A DNA stretch of 64,000 bases. Origin: Kiritimatiellia bacterium (GTDB taxonomy: Bacteria; Verrucomicrobiota; Kiritimatiellia; RFP12; JBMNHG01). The notes beneath the pieces are model-generated. The model had not been told where the DNA came from, ran no database searches, and saw only the letters and a program-made list of their open reading frames with translations. The stretch lies in contig JBMNHG010000002.1 in the NCBI GenBank assembly GCA_050950285.1, positions 248,296-312,295 on the forward strand, written 5' to 3'. This document shows, in pieces, positions 22,363-32,679 of this stretch. Within the stretch, counting starts at the first letter, position 1. Each line of letters begins with the position of its first letter. A program made the position numbers and the translations under genes.

Positions 22363-23280
22363 ATGCGAACGACATCGACCCCCACACTGGAAGACTTCCG
22401 GGCAAGCCGGGAAACCTTGGTCGGAATCGACTCCGACGGGTGCGTTTTCGATACGATGACCGTGAAGCAATGCGTCCATTTCCACCCGCTGATCGTTTCG
22501 TCCTGGCACTTGGAAGCCATTGGGAAGGAAGTCCGGGAGACGGCCGAATTCCTCAACCTTCGCTCCTGCTGGCGCGGCCGCAACCGCTTCACGAACCTTC
22601 TCCTCACCTTCGAAATGCTGGCGCGCCGCGCCGATGTCGCGGGGAAGGCGCCGCTCCCGCGCCTCGATTCCCTGAGAGCCTACTGCGAGTCGGGGGTGCC
22701 GCTGGGCAACCCGTCGCTGGAAGAGGCCGTCCGGGCGACGGACGACGCCGAACTGCGGCGGACGCTGGAATGGAGTCTTGCGGTGAACGAGGATATCGCG
22801 CATCGCATGCGCCCCATCCCGCCCTTCCGGTGGGCGGTCGAAGCCCTGCGCCGCATGCAGGGGCACAGCGACACGCTGGTCGTCTCCCAGACCCCCTTCG
22901 AAGCGCTCTCCCGCGAATGGAGGCAACACGGCATCGACCACCTTGTCGCCGCGATCGCGGGGCAGGAGGCGGGCTCGAAGACGACCCAGCTGCTCGAAGC
23001 GGCGGCGGGCCGCTACAAGCCGGGACGCATGCTCATGATCGGCGATGCGCCCGGCGATCGCGCCGCGGCCCGGGAGGCGGGCGCCCTGTTCTATCCCATC
23101 CTTCCCGGACGCGAGGAGGAATCCTGGCGCCTCTTCTGCGAGCGCGACTACCCCCGCTTCCTGGCGGGAGAACTCGATGCCGCGACGCTCGACGCGCTCC
23201 AGGCGGAGTTCGACGCCCTCCTCCCCGACACGCCGCCCTGGGAGGAAACACGGCCGACAACGCCGGATGACGCAGGCTGA
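22363..23280 (+). CDS. HAD-like hydrolase (tentative)
   Basis: DSDGCVFDT resembles HAD motif I (DxDxT/V). Weak overall, with no second motif confidently assigned. Confidence 0.4.
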   Translation: MRTTSTPTLEDFRASRETLVGIDSDGCVFDTMTVKQCVHFHPLIVSSWHLEAIGKEVRETAEFLNLRSCWRGRNRFTNLLLTFEMLARRADVAGKAPLPRLDSLRAYCESGVPLGNPSLEEAVRATDDAELRRTLEWSLAVNEDIAHRMRPIPPFRWAVEALRRMQGHSDTLVVSQTPFEALSREWRQHGIDHLVAAIAGQEAGSKTTQLLEAAAGRYKPGRMLMIGDAPGDRAAAREAGALFYPILPGREEESWRLFCERDYPRFLAGELDAATLDALQAEFDALLPDTPPWEETRPTTPDDAG

Positions 23281-23286
23281 GCGCGC

Positions 23287-23907
23287 CTAGGCGAGGAAGG
23301 GATTGAAGGCCCGCTCGCGGGCGATGGTGGTGCGGGGCCCATGGCCGGGGCAGACGACCACCTCGCCGGGAAGCGTCATCAGCCGTGCCAGCGAGTCCTG
23401 CTGCCGGCGCATGTCGCCGCCGGGAAGGTCCGTGCGCCCCACCGATCCCGCAAAGAGCGTGTCGCCGGCGAGCAAGACCTTCTCCCCGCCCAGGTAGTAG
23501 CACACCGAGCCGGGCGAGTGTCCCGGCGTATGGAGCACCGCAATCTCCAGGCCGCCGACGGAGAGCGCGTCCCCGTCGTTCGCGGCGCGAAGACCGGCCG
23601 GCACACCGGGGACGCGCAGGTAGGGCGGGATGCGGTTGACGGGCGTGAAGGCCCACTCGGCATCGGCGGGATGGAGGTAGACGGGGAGTTCGGGCGTCGC
23701 GGCGAGCAGGCCGTCCAAGGCGGCGATGTGGTCGATGTGGCCGTGCGTGAGCAGCGCGCCCGCGAGGCGGATGCCCAGCGATCGGGCGGTTTCAAGGATG
23801 TGGTCGGCCTCGTCGCCCGGATCCACCACCAGCGCCTGGGCGGGATCCTTCCAGAGCAGTGCGCAGTTCTCCTCGAACGCGCCGACCGTGAGCCACCGGA
23901 TGTTCAT
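23287..23907 (-). CDS. MBL-fold metallo-hydrolase (GloB-like)
   Basis: THGHIDHI zinc-binding motif and HTPGHSPGS. The ATG overlaps the stop of the upstream giant gene (ATGA). Confidence 0.8.
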   Translation of the reverse strand: MNIRWLTVGAFEENCALLWKDPAQALVVDPGDEADHILETARSLGIRLAGALLTHGHIDHIAALDGLLAATPELPVYLHPADAEWAFTPVNRIPPYLRVPGVPAGLRAANDGDALSVGGLEIAVLHTPGHSPGSVCYYLGGEKVLLAGDTLFAGSVGRTDLPGGDMRRQQDSLARLMTLPGEVVVCPGHGPRTTIARERAFNPFLA

Positions 23908-26900
23908 GGTTCCGTCCTTTCCTTCCGTGCGTCGAGATCCACGAAGGTCGTCCCGTCCTTGCGCCCGAGGAAAAGCCCGTAGCTGCCTTGGAAGCGGACG
24001 CCTCCGCGCGCGGTGTCGTCCCAGTCCAGTTCCGAACGGGAGAAGAAGAGGCGGTCGTCGATGCCGTCGCCCTTCACGTGCACGCCCACGATGCGTCCGC
24101 CGGCGTCCCGGAGCGCTTCGGCGGAGAGCGGCGCCGCGCCGGCGACGAGGGGGCGGAGCACGGCGGCAATGCCCTTCGGCGAATCGCCCGCGAGGCGAAG
24201 GTGGCGCATGGTGAAGGTCGGCGCGCCGTGGAACTGCAGGATGGCGTCCTGGCGGATTTCCTCCTCGTCGAAGAGCTGGTCCGGCAGCAACACCTGCAGA
24301 TCGGTGCCGTAGCGGCCCTTGAACCGGTAGTCGCCGGGGCCGGCGACGGCGTGTTCGTCGGAGACGGCCTGGACGTTCCAGTGGGTCTTGACGCCGGCAG
24401 GCAGGCGGAGCTCGTCGTGCAGCACCACGTAGCCGGCGTCCTTCACCCAGCACACCGAACGGGAGTCGGCGGGATTCGGCTCGTTGAAGCGGTCGAAGGC
24501 CACTTGGACGAGGAAGTCGTCGCAGGCGTCGCTGAGGAAGACGGGGTCCTTCGCGGTAAGGGCCTTGGGATGGACGCCCTGGCAGAAGTCGGCTTCGGGC
24601 AGGCTGGCGAAGCGTTCGACGTGGCCGGGGGCCAGGGGGGACTGCGAATCATGGAAGGCGAGCGTGGTGTGGCGCCAGGTTTCGCCCGCCTCGCCGCCGT
24701 CGTAGACCAGCGGCTTGCCGTCCGCGAAGAGGAGGAGGCTGCCTTCGGTGTTGTGGTAGCGATAGCCGCCGGGGCCTTGCTTGAACAGGAGGTAGAACTC
24801 CTGCGGGGTGTCGAAGCGTCCGCGGAAAACGGCGCCGAAGCCTTCGAGGCGGCGGCTGGCGAGCGGCTGCGGCGGGGAGACGGGTTCGAGATCGCTCGCG
24901 TCGAGCGATGCGAACAGGAGCGGCAGGTTGCCGAACCCCAACCCGACGGAACCGCCCGTGCGGTAGGCCCAGAGGAGCTGGTCGGCGAGGACGGGGTCGC
25001 TCTCCCGCAGGACCTGGCCCATCAAGGCGAAATGCTCGGGGACGGCGGTGCCGAGTCCGGCGTGGTCGCCGATGGGCGGCAGGCGGCGCGAGGCGGGCTC
25101 GGCGCGGTAGGCGGCATCGTCGAGCGGGCGCGTCATGGCTTCGTCGGAGGTGGGGAAGGCGGGCGTAAGGAGCAAGATGCCCCACCGCATGAGGTCGGGG
25201 AGGCGCTCGATCGACGCAGGGTCCAGGCGGCCGTCGCGCCACAGGTGGTAGAGCAGGTTGATGCGGCATTTGAGGGCCTGGAGGTAGTAGCAGGCGGGGT
25301 TCTCGTACCACTTGCCGCTGCCGGGCGTGCAGTAGGCGTCGAGGGCCACGCGCGTCCGTTCCGTGGCGTGGTCGGCCATGGCGTCTGCGTCGGGTTCGCC
25401 GGCGAAGACGAGGCCCACGGTGCCCACGACGTCCACGCGATCCGCCTCGAAATTGGCGTTGCGCGCGCCGAACCCCCAGTTCATGAAGTCCTTCTCGCAG
25501 TACATGTGGCCCATCAGCAGGAGGAAGCGGCGGACGAGGCGCTCCTCCTGTGCGGTGAAGCACCCGCTGGCGGCGATCAGGTCGTAATCCTCGGCCCAGG
25601 CGGTGATGGGGCGCGCGCCGACGGGCGAGTACATGTCGGAATGGTCGCGTCCCAGAAGGGTCATGCGCGCTCGGATCCGCGCGACGCCCACCAGTTCGAG
25701 CTTCTTGCGCCATGCGACCAGCGGATCGCCGTCCACCGCGAAGCGAAGGCCCGTGGCGGGGCCGTGCACCTTCCCGGAGCAGATGCGCTTCCAGGATTCG
25801 GCGAAGGCCGGGTCGAAGCGCTTTGCGCGCAACGCGCGAAGTTCGGCCCTGCGGGCGACCACGCGGGGACGCTCCGCGGCATCCTGGACGTCGAGGTTCC
25901 AGCGGGCGAAATCATCGAGGCGCGGGGAGCCGAACTTGTGGTGCGAACGCGCAAGCTCCTTGTCGGGGCCGTCGTTCGCCGCGAAGGAAGAGGCCAGCAA
26001 CCCCCACTGGCGCTCGCCGTCGAAGAAGGCGAAGTGGAAGGCGGCATCGCCTGCGGCGGACGTGCGGACGGTAATCATCGACACGGTCGAACCGATCATC
26101 TCGGGGTATGGCCAGTCGAGCTCGCGATTGCCGTCGATCGGGCCATGCGAGAGGCGTTCGAACTTGCGGTCGATCCACTCGCCGCGGCGGAGGGTGAAGA
26201 CGGCGATGTAGTCCTTCTCGTCGAGGCCGTCGGGGGTCATCGCATAGCCGAAGTCGCAGGTGGCGCGCCACCACATGACGGATTCCTGGAGGCGCGCGAG
26301 TTCGCGGTCGGCCGCATCGAGCGTGCGCCAGTGGGGCGACCCGTTTTCCGCGCCCCAGTAGGCATAGCCGCGCCCGCCGGAGAATTCGGGGAGCGAGAAG
26401 TCGAAGGCGCCCTCCAGATCCGGCGGCGGTGTTTCGCGGGCGAGGAGCGCCTCTTCGCCCTGGAGGAAGGCGAGGTCGAGGCGGAAGGGCGAGCCGTCCG
26501 AGAAGGCGAACTCGATGCGGAGGCGCGCGGCGAGCGGCCCTTGCCCGAGGATGGTGGTGCGCCGCGAGGCCACCGACACGCCTTGCGGAAGGACGAAGCG
26601 GCCGCGGCCGCGCCACACGCCATCCGCCGCCCGCACGGAAACGATCGGCGCGATGCCGTCGTCGCCCCGCGCTTCGCCCCAGGCGATGCGGAAGGCGGCG
26701 CGACCGGTGTCGACCACGGCGGTGCGGCCGTCGGCGTCGGGCGTGATCGCCAGCGACGGGAAGCCCCCCTGCGCGGCGGACGACAGTTCGCAGACCGAGG
26801 CGATGTCCGTGCCCAGGGTGGCGCAGTGCCCGACGGTTTCGTAGAGTCCGATCAAACGGTCCGAGCGGGCGGGCAGTTCGGGAAGACAGAGCACCTGGCC

Positions 26901-28034
26901 GTCCGCGAGCGTCTGGAAGGGCGCAAATCGCGGCGCGCCGTTTTCCGGGCCTCCCGGGCTTCCGTTTGCGCGGCGTGCCGCGCGCGGATCCAGGAGGACG
27001 AGACGCGCGTCCTTCGACGGCGTCCGGGCGACCCGGAAGCGGTAGGGCTGGCGCGGGAAATCGTAGTCGAAGGGATTGCGCAGCCGCTCGACGTGTACCT
27101 TGCGGTAGGGGACGCCGTCGTCGAGGAGGAGATCGGGAAGACGGTCCGGGAAGGGCTCCGGGCGTGCGCTGCGCCACTCGTCGAGCATCGCGTCCACCAC
27201 GGTGGCGGTGTCGGCCGCGACCTCCACGCCGATCCGGAAGAAGCGGGTCGCGATGTCGAAGGCGTCCTCGTCGAGGCGCGCCGCGAGGAAGGCGTGGCGG
27301 CCGACGGGGACGGCGTCGAAGACGTAGCGGCCCTCGGCGTCGGCAACCGTCTCCAGCCCGCGAACCTCGCCGATGACCGGCTCGTAGTGCATCTCGGGTT
27401 CGTCGTAGGTGGCGGGATCCTTCTCCTTCATTTCCACGGCAAGACCCAGCACGACGGTGCATGCGGAGGCGGGGGAGCCATCGGGCAGGAGGAGCGTCCC
27501 GCGGACGACGCCGGTCGCGGGGGAAGCGTCCTCCGTTGCGCCCGGAGCCGGCTCGAAGCGTTTGCGGAGCGCCTTCGCCTCGTCCCAAAGGCTGGCGGCA
27601 TCGAGGGCGTCGGCGAGGCGTGCCACCTGTTCCGGGGCGGGATGCCCGGGAAGCGTCCGGACGGCCTTCCGGATGTCCCCGGAGATGCGGTCGCGCAAGC
27701 CTTGGGCGTAGGACTCGTATCCCATGCCGGCGGCGGCTTCGGACGAGCGCTGGTATACGTCGTAGGTGAAGAGCATGCGCATCACCGAGACGCGCGCGAG
27801 GAGGAAGTCCAGGGAGGATTCGTCCGCGATCTCCGAAAAACGCCGCAACGCGGCCTTCGCGGCCTCGACATCGCCCAGATAACGGAAGATGTCGCATTCG
27901 AGCACGAGCGATTCGGGGGTGTCGGGAAGACCGTCCGCACGGGCCCGGAGCAGCATGCGGCGGGCGGTCTCGTAGCGTCGGGCGGCGTAGGCGGCGCGGA
28001 TGGCCGCGAGGGGGGAGGAGGTCGAAGCGTTCAT
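23904..28034 (-). CDS. 1376-aa multi-domain protein: N-terminal TPR-like, CarboxypepD_reg-like beta-sandwich, heparinase II/III-like lyase domain
   Basis: The start (MNASTSSPLAAIRAAYAARRYETARRMLL) overlaps the esterase stop (ATGA). The middle has ..TGVVRGTLLLPDGSPASACTVVLGL...DAEGRYVFDAVPVGRHAF. The C-terminal half is heparinase II/III-like. This is the real product inside the 2374-aa ORF 23904..31028. Confidence 0.7.
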   Translation of the reverse strand: MNASTSSPLAAIRAAYAARRYETARRMLLRARADGLPDTPESLVLECDIFRYLGDVEAAKAALRRFSEIADESSLDFLLARVSVMRMLFTYDVYQRSSEAAAGMGYESYAQGLRDRISGDIRKAVRTLPGHPAPEQVARLADALDAASLWDEAKALRKRFEPAPGATEDASPATGVVRGTLLLPDGSPASACTVVLGLAVEMKEKDPATYDEPEMHYEPVIGEVRGLETVADAEGRYVFDAVPVGRHAFLAARLDEDAFDIATRFFRIGVEVAADTATVVDAMLDEWRSARPEPFPDRLPDLLLDDGVPYRKVHVERLRNPFDYDFPRQPYRFRVARTPSKDARLVLLDPRAARRANGSPGGPENGAPRFAPFQTLADGQVLCLPELPARSDRLIGLYETVGHCATLGTDIASVCELSSAAQGGFPSLAITPDADGRTAVVDTGRAAFRIAWGEARGDDGIAPIVSVRAADGVWRGRGRFVLPQGVSVASRRTTILGQGPLAARLRIEFAFSDGSPFRLDLAFLQGEEALLARETPPPDLEGAFDFSLPEFSGGRGYAYWGAENGSPHWRTLDAADRELARLQESVMWWRATCDFGYAMTPDGLDEKDYIAVFTLRRGEWIDRKFERLSHGPIDGNRELDWPYPEMIGSTVSMITVRTSAAGDAAFHFAFFDGERQWGLLASSFAANDGPDKELARSHHKFGSPRLDDFARWNLDVQDAAERPRVVARRAELRALRAKRFDPAFAESWKRICSGKVHGPATGLRFAVDGDPLVAWRKKLELVGVARIRARMTLLGRDHSDMYSPVGARPITAWAEDYDLIAASGCFTAQEERLVRRFLLLMGHMYCEKDFMNWGFGARNANFEADRVDVVGTVGLVFAGEPDADAMADHATERTRVALDAYCTPGSGKWYENPACYYLQALKCRINLLYHLWRDGRLDPASIERLPDLMRWGILLLTPAFPTSDEAMTRPLDDAAYRAEPASRRLPPIGDHAGLGTAVPEHFALMGQVLRESDPVLADQLLWAYRTGGSVGLGFGNLPLLFASLDASDLEPVSPPQPLASRRLEGFGAVFRGRFDTPQEFYLLFKQGPGGYRYHNTEGSLLLFADGKPLVYDGGEAGETWRHTTLAFHDSQSPLAPGHVERFASLPEADFCQGVHPKALTAKDPVFLSDACDDFLVQVAFDRFNEPNPADSRSVCWVKDAGYVVLHDELRLPAGVKTHWNVQAVSDEHAVAGPGDYRFKGRYGTDLQVLLPDQLFDEEEIRQDAILQFHGAPTFTMRHLRLAGDSPKGIAAVLRPLVAGAAPLSAEALRDAGGRIVGVHVKGDGIDDRLFFSRSELDWDDTARGGVRFQGSYGLFLGRKDGTTFVDLDARKERTEP

Positions 28035-30145
28035 GGGGATGGCAGGGTCGGGGAGTCGGAAGATCGGCGGCGAGGGAGGGGCTGGGTGGCGACCGGCCAG
28101 TCGTCCGTGCGGAAGGGGCTGGCGGGGAGGCCTTCCGCATTGAAGAGATTGGCGCCGGCGGGGCCGATCTCCCACGCGTAGCGTACGGCGACGGGTTCGG
28201 GCACGTCGGGGGAGCGCACCACGACGGTGTCGCCGTCGATGGCGGCCTCGCCCCAGACGAAGCGGCGGTCTTCGCCTGCGATGGCGAAGCGGGAGAGCGG
28301 TCCGTCCTTGGCGACGAGGCCCCCGCCGACGTTCCGGAAGCGGAGCCGGACGGTATCGCCTTTCACCTTCATGCCGGCGAAGACGGGGCCGCTGTACACC
28401 AGATCCTTCTCCCCATACTCGATGGCGCGGGCGGCAAGGGCGAGGCGGCGTCCGACCTCCCGCTTGTTCCGGGGGTGGATGTCGTGCGGGTCGCCGATGT
28501 CGATGGAGACCACCTGCGCGGTCTTCGGGAGCGACAGGGCGAGCGACTGCGCCTCGCGCACCACGGCCCAGTCGTGGTCGCCGGGCTGTCCCAGCGGTCC
28601 GCCGAGGCTGGCGAGCTGCACCCAGAGGAAGGGGAAGTCGCGGCCCCAGCGGTCGCGCCAGCATTGGATCATGGCGGGGAAGAGTTCGCGGTATTCCCAG
28701 GCGTTGCCGGAGTTGGATTCGCCCTGGTACCAGATCGCGCCGCGGAAGGCGCACGGCGCGAGCGGATGGATGAAGGTGTTGTAGAAGGCGCAGGCGAGAT
28801 TGGGATTGTTCGGATTGCCGGGAGGGATGGGCAAGGGGTGGGTCGCGCGGAAACGCCAGGCGCCGGCGAGCGGAAGGCGCGACGAGGCGTCGTGCCCCTG
28901 GTCCGGCGCAATCCAGAGCGAATCGGCGGGGGAACGGAATCCGCCCTCCCCCATCCCGTCGTACACGCGCACGGCGAGCACGACGGGGCCCGCCTTCACG
29001 AGTCCGGCGGGGATGGCGTAGAGGCGCGGGGCGGTGTAGTGGTCCATGTCCTTCGCGAGCAACGAGCCGGTGCGCCCGATTTCGACGCCGTCGAAGAACG
29101 CGATGTCGATGTCGTCGATGGCGCCGAGCGAAAGCGTGAGTTCGCGGCCCGCCCATTCCGCAGGGATGTCGACGGCGCGGCGGTACCAGGCCTCTCCGTT
29201 GAAATGCTCCCGCCCGATGCCGGCCTTCTCCCAGGCGCCGGGCGCGTCGAGGGAATCCCAGGAGGCGTCGTCGAGTTCCGGCGCGGCCATCGAGGCGAGG
29301 TAGGCCGCATTCGTCTCGAGGGCGGCGATGGAGGCGGCGACGGCCTCGTAGGCGGCGGTCCGTTCGTTGAACTGGTCGCACCGCGCTCCGAAATCGCCGT
29401 CCGCGAGGGTGTCCAGCTCCGCGAGGTCGTAGGCCTTGAAGGGGAAGCGCGCGAGCGTCTCCTCGCCGGTCCAGGCCTCGATCCGCGTGCCGCCTTCGGA
29501 GGCGTTGAGAAAGCCGACGGGCACGTCGAAGCGCTCCATCAGTTCGCGGGCGAAGAAGAAGCCGACGGCCGTGAAATTCGAAGCGGCGGAGGGGCTGGAG
29601 ACCACCCAGCCGCCGTGGTTGAAGTCGGGCGTGGGGCGGCGGGCGACCTCCCCGCGCACCAGGCATTGGCGGAGCATCGGGAGATCGGCGGCGGCAATGG
29701 CCTCCGCGGCGTTGTCGGCGTCCCGGAGGTTGAACTGCATGTTCGACTGTCCGGAGCAGAGCCAGACATCGCCGAAGACCACGTCCGAGACGGTGTTCGT
29801 GGTGCGTCCGGCAACCGTGAGCGTGCGGGGGCGGCCGTGCTCGGCGGGATGGGGCGGGAAGGTCACCTGCCAGCGCCCGTCGGCGTCCGCGACGGCGCGC
29901 TGCGGAGGCTCGCCGTCGAACCAGGCTTCCACCAGGCCGCCGGGGTCCGCCCAGCCCCAGACGGGAAGCGGGCGGTCGCGCTGGAGCACGGCGTGGCTGG
30001 CAAAGAGCTTCGCGAGGCGCACGTTCCCGGCGTCGGGCGCGCGTCCGGGGAAGAGCGCGGAGGTGGCGCGAGGGCTTGCGCACCCCGCGATGATGGCCAG
30101 GCTGAAAGCGACGGGAAGCGCGGCGGGACGGAATCGGTGGTTCAT
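28031..30145 (-). CDS. Sialate O-acetylesterase (SASA/SGNH family), lipoprotein signal
   Basis: Lipobox-like N-terminus (MNHRFRPAALPVAFSLAIIAGCASP) and the GQSNM catalytic serine block. A duplicated SASA-type organisation runs to ~704 aa. Confidence 0.8.
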   Translation of the reverse strand: MNHRFRPAALPVAFSLAIIAGCASPRATSALFPGRAPDAGNVRLAKLFASHAVLQRDRPLPVWGWADPGGLVEAWFDGEPPQRAVADADGRWQVTFPPHPAEHGRPRTLTVAGRTTNTVSDVVFGDVWLCSGQSNMQFNLRDADNAAEAIAAADLPMLRQCLVRGEVARRPTPDFNHGGWVVSSPSAASNFTAVGFFFARELMERFDVPVGFLNASEGGTRIEAWTGEETLARFPFKAYDLAELDTLADGDFGARCDQFNERTAAYEAVAASIAALETNAAYLASMAAPELDDASWDSLDAPGAWEKAGIGREHFNGEAWYRRAVDIPAEWAGRELTLSLGAIDDIDIAFFDGVEIGRTGSLLAKDMDHYTAPRLYAIPAGLVKAGPVVLAVRVYDGMGEGGFRSPADSLWIAPDQGHDASSRLPLAGAWRFRATHPLPIPPGNPNNPNLACAFYNTFIHPLAPCAFRGAIWYQGESNSGNAWEYRELFPAMIQCWRDRWGRDFPFLWVQLASLGGPLGQPGDHDWAVVREAQSLALSLPKTAQVVSIDIGDPHDIHPRNKREVGRRLALAARAIEYGEKDLVYSGPVFAGMKVKGDTVRLRFRNVGGGLVAKDGPLSRFAIAGEDRRFVWGEAAIDGDTVVVRSPDVPEPVAVRYAWEIGPAGANLFNAEGLPASPFRTDDWPVATQPLPRRRSSDSPTLPSP

Positions 30146-30196
30146 GGGAAACCTTTCCAAAGAGCGCAAAAAACGAAGCGGCGGCGAAGAGGCGTC

Positions 30197-31744
30197 CTAG
30201 TGGCCACGACGCGTCCCGCCGCCGCGTCCGCCGCCATGCGGGGCGGGGAGGCGGCACTTCCCGCTGTTGTCCTCGAGCCAGAGGCTGCCTTGCTTGCGGA
30301 AGGCGGGGTTCTCCCATCGGCGGAGGATGTTGCAGTAGCGGCACCCGTCCTGGAGGGTGCCATGGGCGGTGTAGGGGGGGAGATGTTCGGCGAGATGACG
30401 GCGCCACGGGAGGTCGAACGCGCCGGTATCCGAGCCGGAGGCGGTGTCCACGGGGATGAGCCGCACGGCACGGAAGGCGGGGAAGAGCAGGCCGAAGGCG
30501 TTGGCGGGGAGGCGTCCCCCCTCCACGGAATCGGAGGCGAGATAGCCGAAGGGCTTGGCGGCGGCGGTCCAGAGCACGTCGTCGCGCTCCATCCCCGAGG
30601 AGGTCCCGATGCGGTCGGCGCTCGCGTAGACGCGCACCACGGCGTCCGCGCCGGCGACGTTGTATTCCCTCTTCACGGGGCCGACCACGGGGAAGGCGTC
30701 GGGCCCGTCCGCCTGGATGGCCTCCCAGTCGTGCCAGAGGGAATCCTCGTAGACGTACCACGTCTCGACACGCTCGAAGGCGTTGGAGAAGGCGTCGGCG
30801 GCGATGTCCCCGTCCAGCGACGCGGCGCCTTCGCGGAAGGAGGCCTCCCCGACGAGCATGCGGAGTCCGGTGGTGACGGGCGCGACGCCGAGGCCGAAGA
30901 TTTCGCAATTGAAGAACGAAGGCGGATCGGGCTCGGGAAGCGGCTCCCACCACGTGTAGTCGGTATAGACGTCGAGGAGCGTGCGCGGCGGATTGTCGGA
31001 GATTTTCTGGTGGAGGAAGAACCAGCACCAGTTTCTTCCGGCGACGGCTTCGTAGAAGTCGCGGGTCCGGAGGATGTGGCCGCCGGTGGCGTCGTTGTAG
31101 AAGCGGGCGTTGTCGGGTCCGGCGGCGATGCCGTGCTCGGCGGCGGAACGGAGCATGGCGGCATAGGCCTCCCAGGCGCCGGGGAAGGGAGGGTCCAAGG
31201 CCTGCGCGCCGCCCACGGTGTCGCCATAGGACAGCACGCCGGAGGCATGGTCGCGGAGGACGTCGGAGAAGCCGGGGTCGGCGTAGAGGCGGTTGTTCTT
31301 GGCGGCGACTTGCGCGGCCATCAGGGCCACCATGGGGCCGGTGAGGCAGAGGCGCGCCTGGATGTTGGTGATGGCGTCCACCGCGGCATCGGCCGCGGCG
31401 GCCTCCGGGGTGCCGGGTTCGCCGGCGCCGGCGAGGACGAGGGCGTGCATCACGTTCAACTCGCCGATGAGGTTCAGCGTATCGCCCTGCCAGCGGGCGG
31501 CGGCGAGGGCCGCCGCGTCCCCGCCGTTCTGGGCAAGGGACTTCGAGGCGACGAGGCGATGGAGGTCCACGTTCCAGAGGAAGACGAACGCGAGGATGGT
31601 GAGCGCGAGGACCAGGAAGACGATGGCCTGGCCGCGCTTCCGGGGGGACGCGGGGGCGCGACGCGCGTCCGCCCCGCGCCGGGAAGAAAGGGCGTCCGAT
31701 CGCGGCATGCCGCGAAACGCCGGATGTCGCCGCTCACCAGCCAT
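30197..31744 (-). CDS. TadG-like Flp-pilus-associated pseudopilin
   Basis: A basic region (..PRKRGQAIVFLVLALTILAFVFLWNVDLHRLV) and a single TM are followed by the TadE/G-like N-domain signature (..LAQNGGDAAALAAARWQ..). The soluble C-terminal domain is large. Confidence 0.6.
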   Translation of the reverse strand: MAGERRHPAFRGMPRSDALSSRRGADARRAPASPRKRGQAIVFLVLALTILAFVFLWNVDLHRLVASKSLAQNGGDAAALAAARWQGDTLNLIGELNVMHALVLAGAGEPGTPEAAAADAAVDAITNIQARLCLTGPMVALMAAQVAAKNNRLYADPGFSDVLRDHASGVLSYGDTVGGAQALDPPFPGAWEAYAAMLRSAAEHGIAAGPDNARFYNDATGGHILRTRDFYEAVAGRNWCWFFLHQKISDNPPRTLLDVYTDYTWWEPLPEPDPPSFFNCEIFGLGVAPVTTGLRMLVGEASFREGAASLDGDIAADAFSNAFERVETWYVYEDSLWHDWEAIQADGPDAFPVVGPVKREYNVAGADAVVRVYASADRIGTSSGMERDDVLWTAAAKPFGYLASDSVEGGRLPANAFGLLFPAFRAVRLIPVDTASGSDTGAFDLPWRRHLAEHLPPYTAHGTLQDGCRYCNILRRWENPAFRKQGSLWLEDNSGKCRLPAPHGGGRGGGTRRGH

Positions 31745-32441
31745 GGTCTTCCAAATAGAGGGGATAGTGGCTCTCGATCTCCTGCCGGCCCCGGAGACGC
31801 AGCCGGCCTTCGTCCAGGGGGGAGCGCCCGGCCGTTCCGAAGAGGTCCAGGAGGGCCTTCACGTGGAGGTGGAGCGGGTAGGATTGCTCGACCGCCACCT
31901 CGTCCATCCTCGAGAGAACGAGGGGGGCGAAGCCGCCTCCGCCGAGGCCGGAGCCGCGGATGTCGTCCCAGTTTTCGTAGTCGAGGATCTGGTCGGCGGT
32001 GGGCTCGTTCGGAGAGTCGAGGTAGTCGCCCAGGCGGGCGAGTTCGAAGTCGCCACGTTCGCTGTGGGGATGGCTTTGCAGGGCGAGGTCCCAGACCGCG
32101 CCGGGGTTCCCGGAGGCGACGGCATTCCGGAAGGCCGCGCCGGCGAAGCTTTCGCCCGCGGGGACGGTCATGGCGCCGGCATTGGGGATGGCGGCCACGC
32201 GCATCGACTTGCGCACCATCCATCCATTGAAGCCGACGGCGCGCGCACGGGCGGCGCGCGCCGCGGCATGCCGCAGGATTTCGCGGCTCGCCGAGGCATG
32301 CGCGAGCTGGAAGAGGCCGAAGAAGAGCAGGCAGATGAGAAGGATGGCGAGAAGCGACTCGATCATCGCCTGCCCGCAGCGGCGGGAATCCGGCCTAGTT
32401 GAGCGTGCCGTCTTCCTGGAGGCTGCGGAGGCCTTCGCCAT
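31734..32441 (-). CDS. TadE-like pseudopilin with Flp-type prepilin motif
   Basis: ..SRRCGQAMIESLLAILLICLLFFGLFQ: a G/QxM[IV]E prepilin-peptidase motif then a hydrophobic helix. Overlaps the 3' end of the flp gene by 47 nt, so the start is uncertain. Confidence 0.55.
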   Translation of the reverse strand: MAKASAASRKTARSTRPDSRRCGQAMIESLLAILLICLLFFGLFQLAHASASREILRHAAARAARARAVGFNGWMVRKSMRVAAIPNAGAMTVPAGESFAGAAFRNAVASGNPGAVWDLALQSHPHSERGDFELARLGDYLDSPNEPTADQILDYENWDDIRGSGLGGGGFAPLVLSRMDEVAVEQSYPLHLHVKALLDLFGTAGRSPLDEGRLRLRGRQEIESHYPLYLEDHGW

Positions 32442-32640
32442 CGCTCACGTCCTCGTATGCGCCCTGGGCCTCGGAACCGACATCGGCATCCAGCGCGGAG
32501 GTGGCGCCGGCGGTCTTCTTGAAGATCGCCTTGCCGAATTTGCCGAAGAGCACGATGCCGGTAATGGCGATGAGCACCACGATGATGATGTATTCGACCA
32601 TCGTCTGGCCGCTGCGGCGGTTGCGGGGTTTCTTGGACAT
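32395..32640 (-). CDS. flp: Flp-family type IVb pilin
   Basis: 81 aa with ..RNRRSGQTMVEYIIIVVLIAITGIVLFGKFG: the canonical Flp G/xxMVEY processing motif and hydrophobic core, plus an acidic tail. Confidence 0.7.
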   Translation of the reverse strand: MSKKPRNRRSGQTMVEYIIIVVLIAITGIVLFGKFGKAIFKKTAGATSALDADVGSEAQGAYEDVSDGEGLRSLQEDGTLN

Positions 32641-32679
32641 GGATGGGTCTCCTTGGGAAGTGCCGGGTGGCGCCGGAGT

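Noticed and set aside
23988-32230. 1397-aa and 1251-aa plus-strand ORFs (23988..28181, 28475..32230)
   Set aside because: Antisense to the minus-strand flp-tad-esterase-lyase string whose products have clear motifs (GQSNM, Flp leader, heparinase-like). These are high-GC artefacts.
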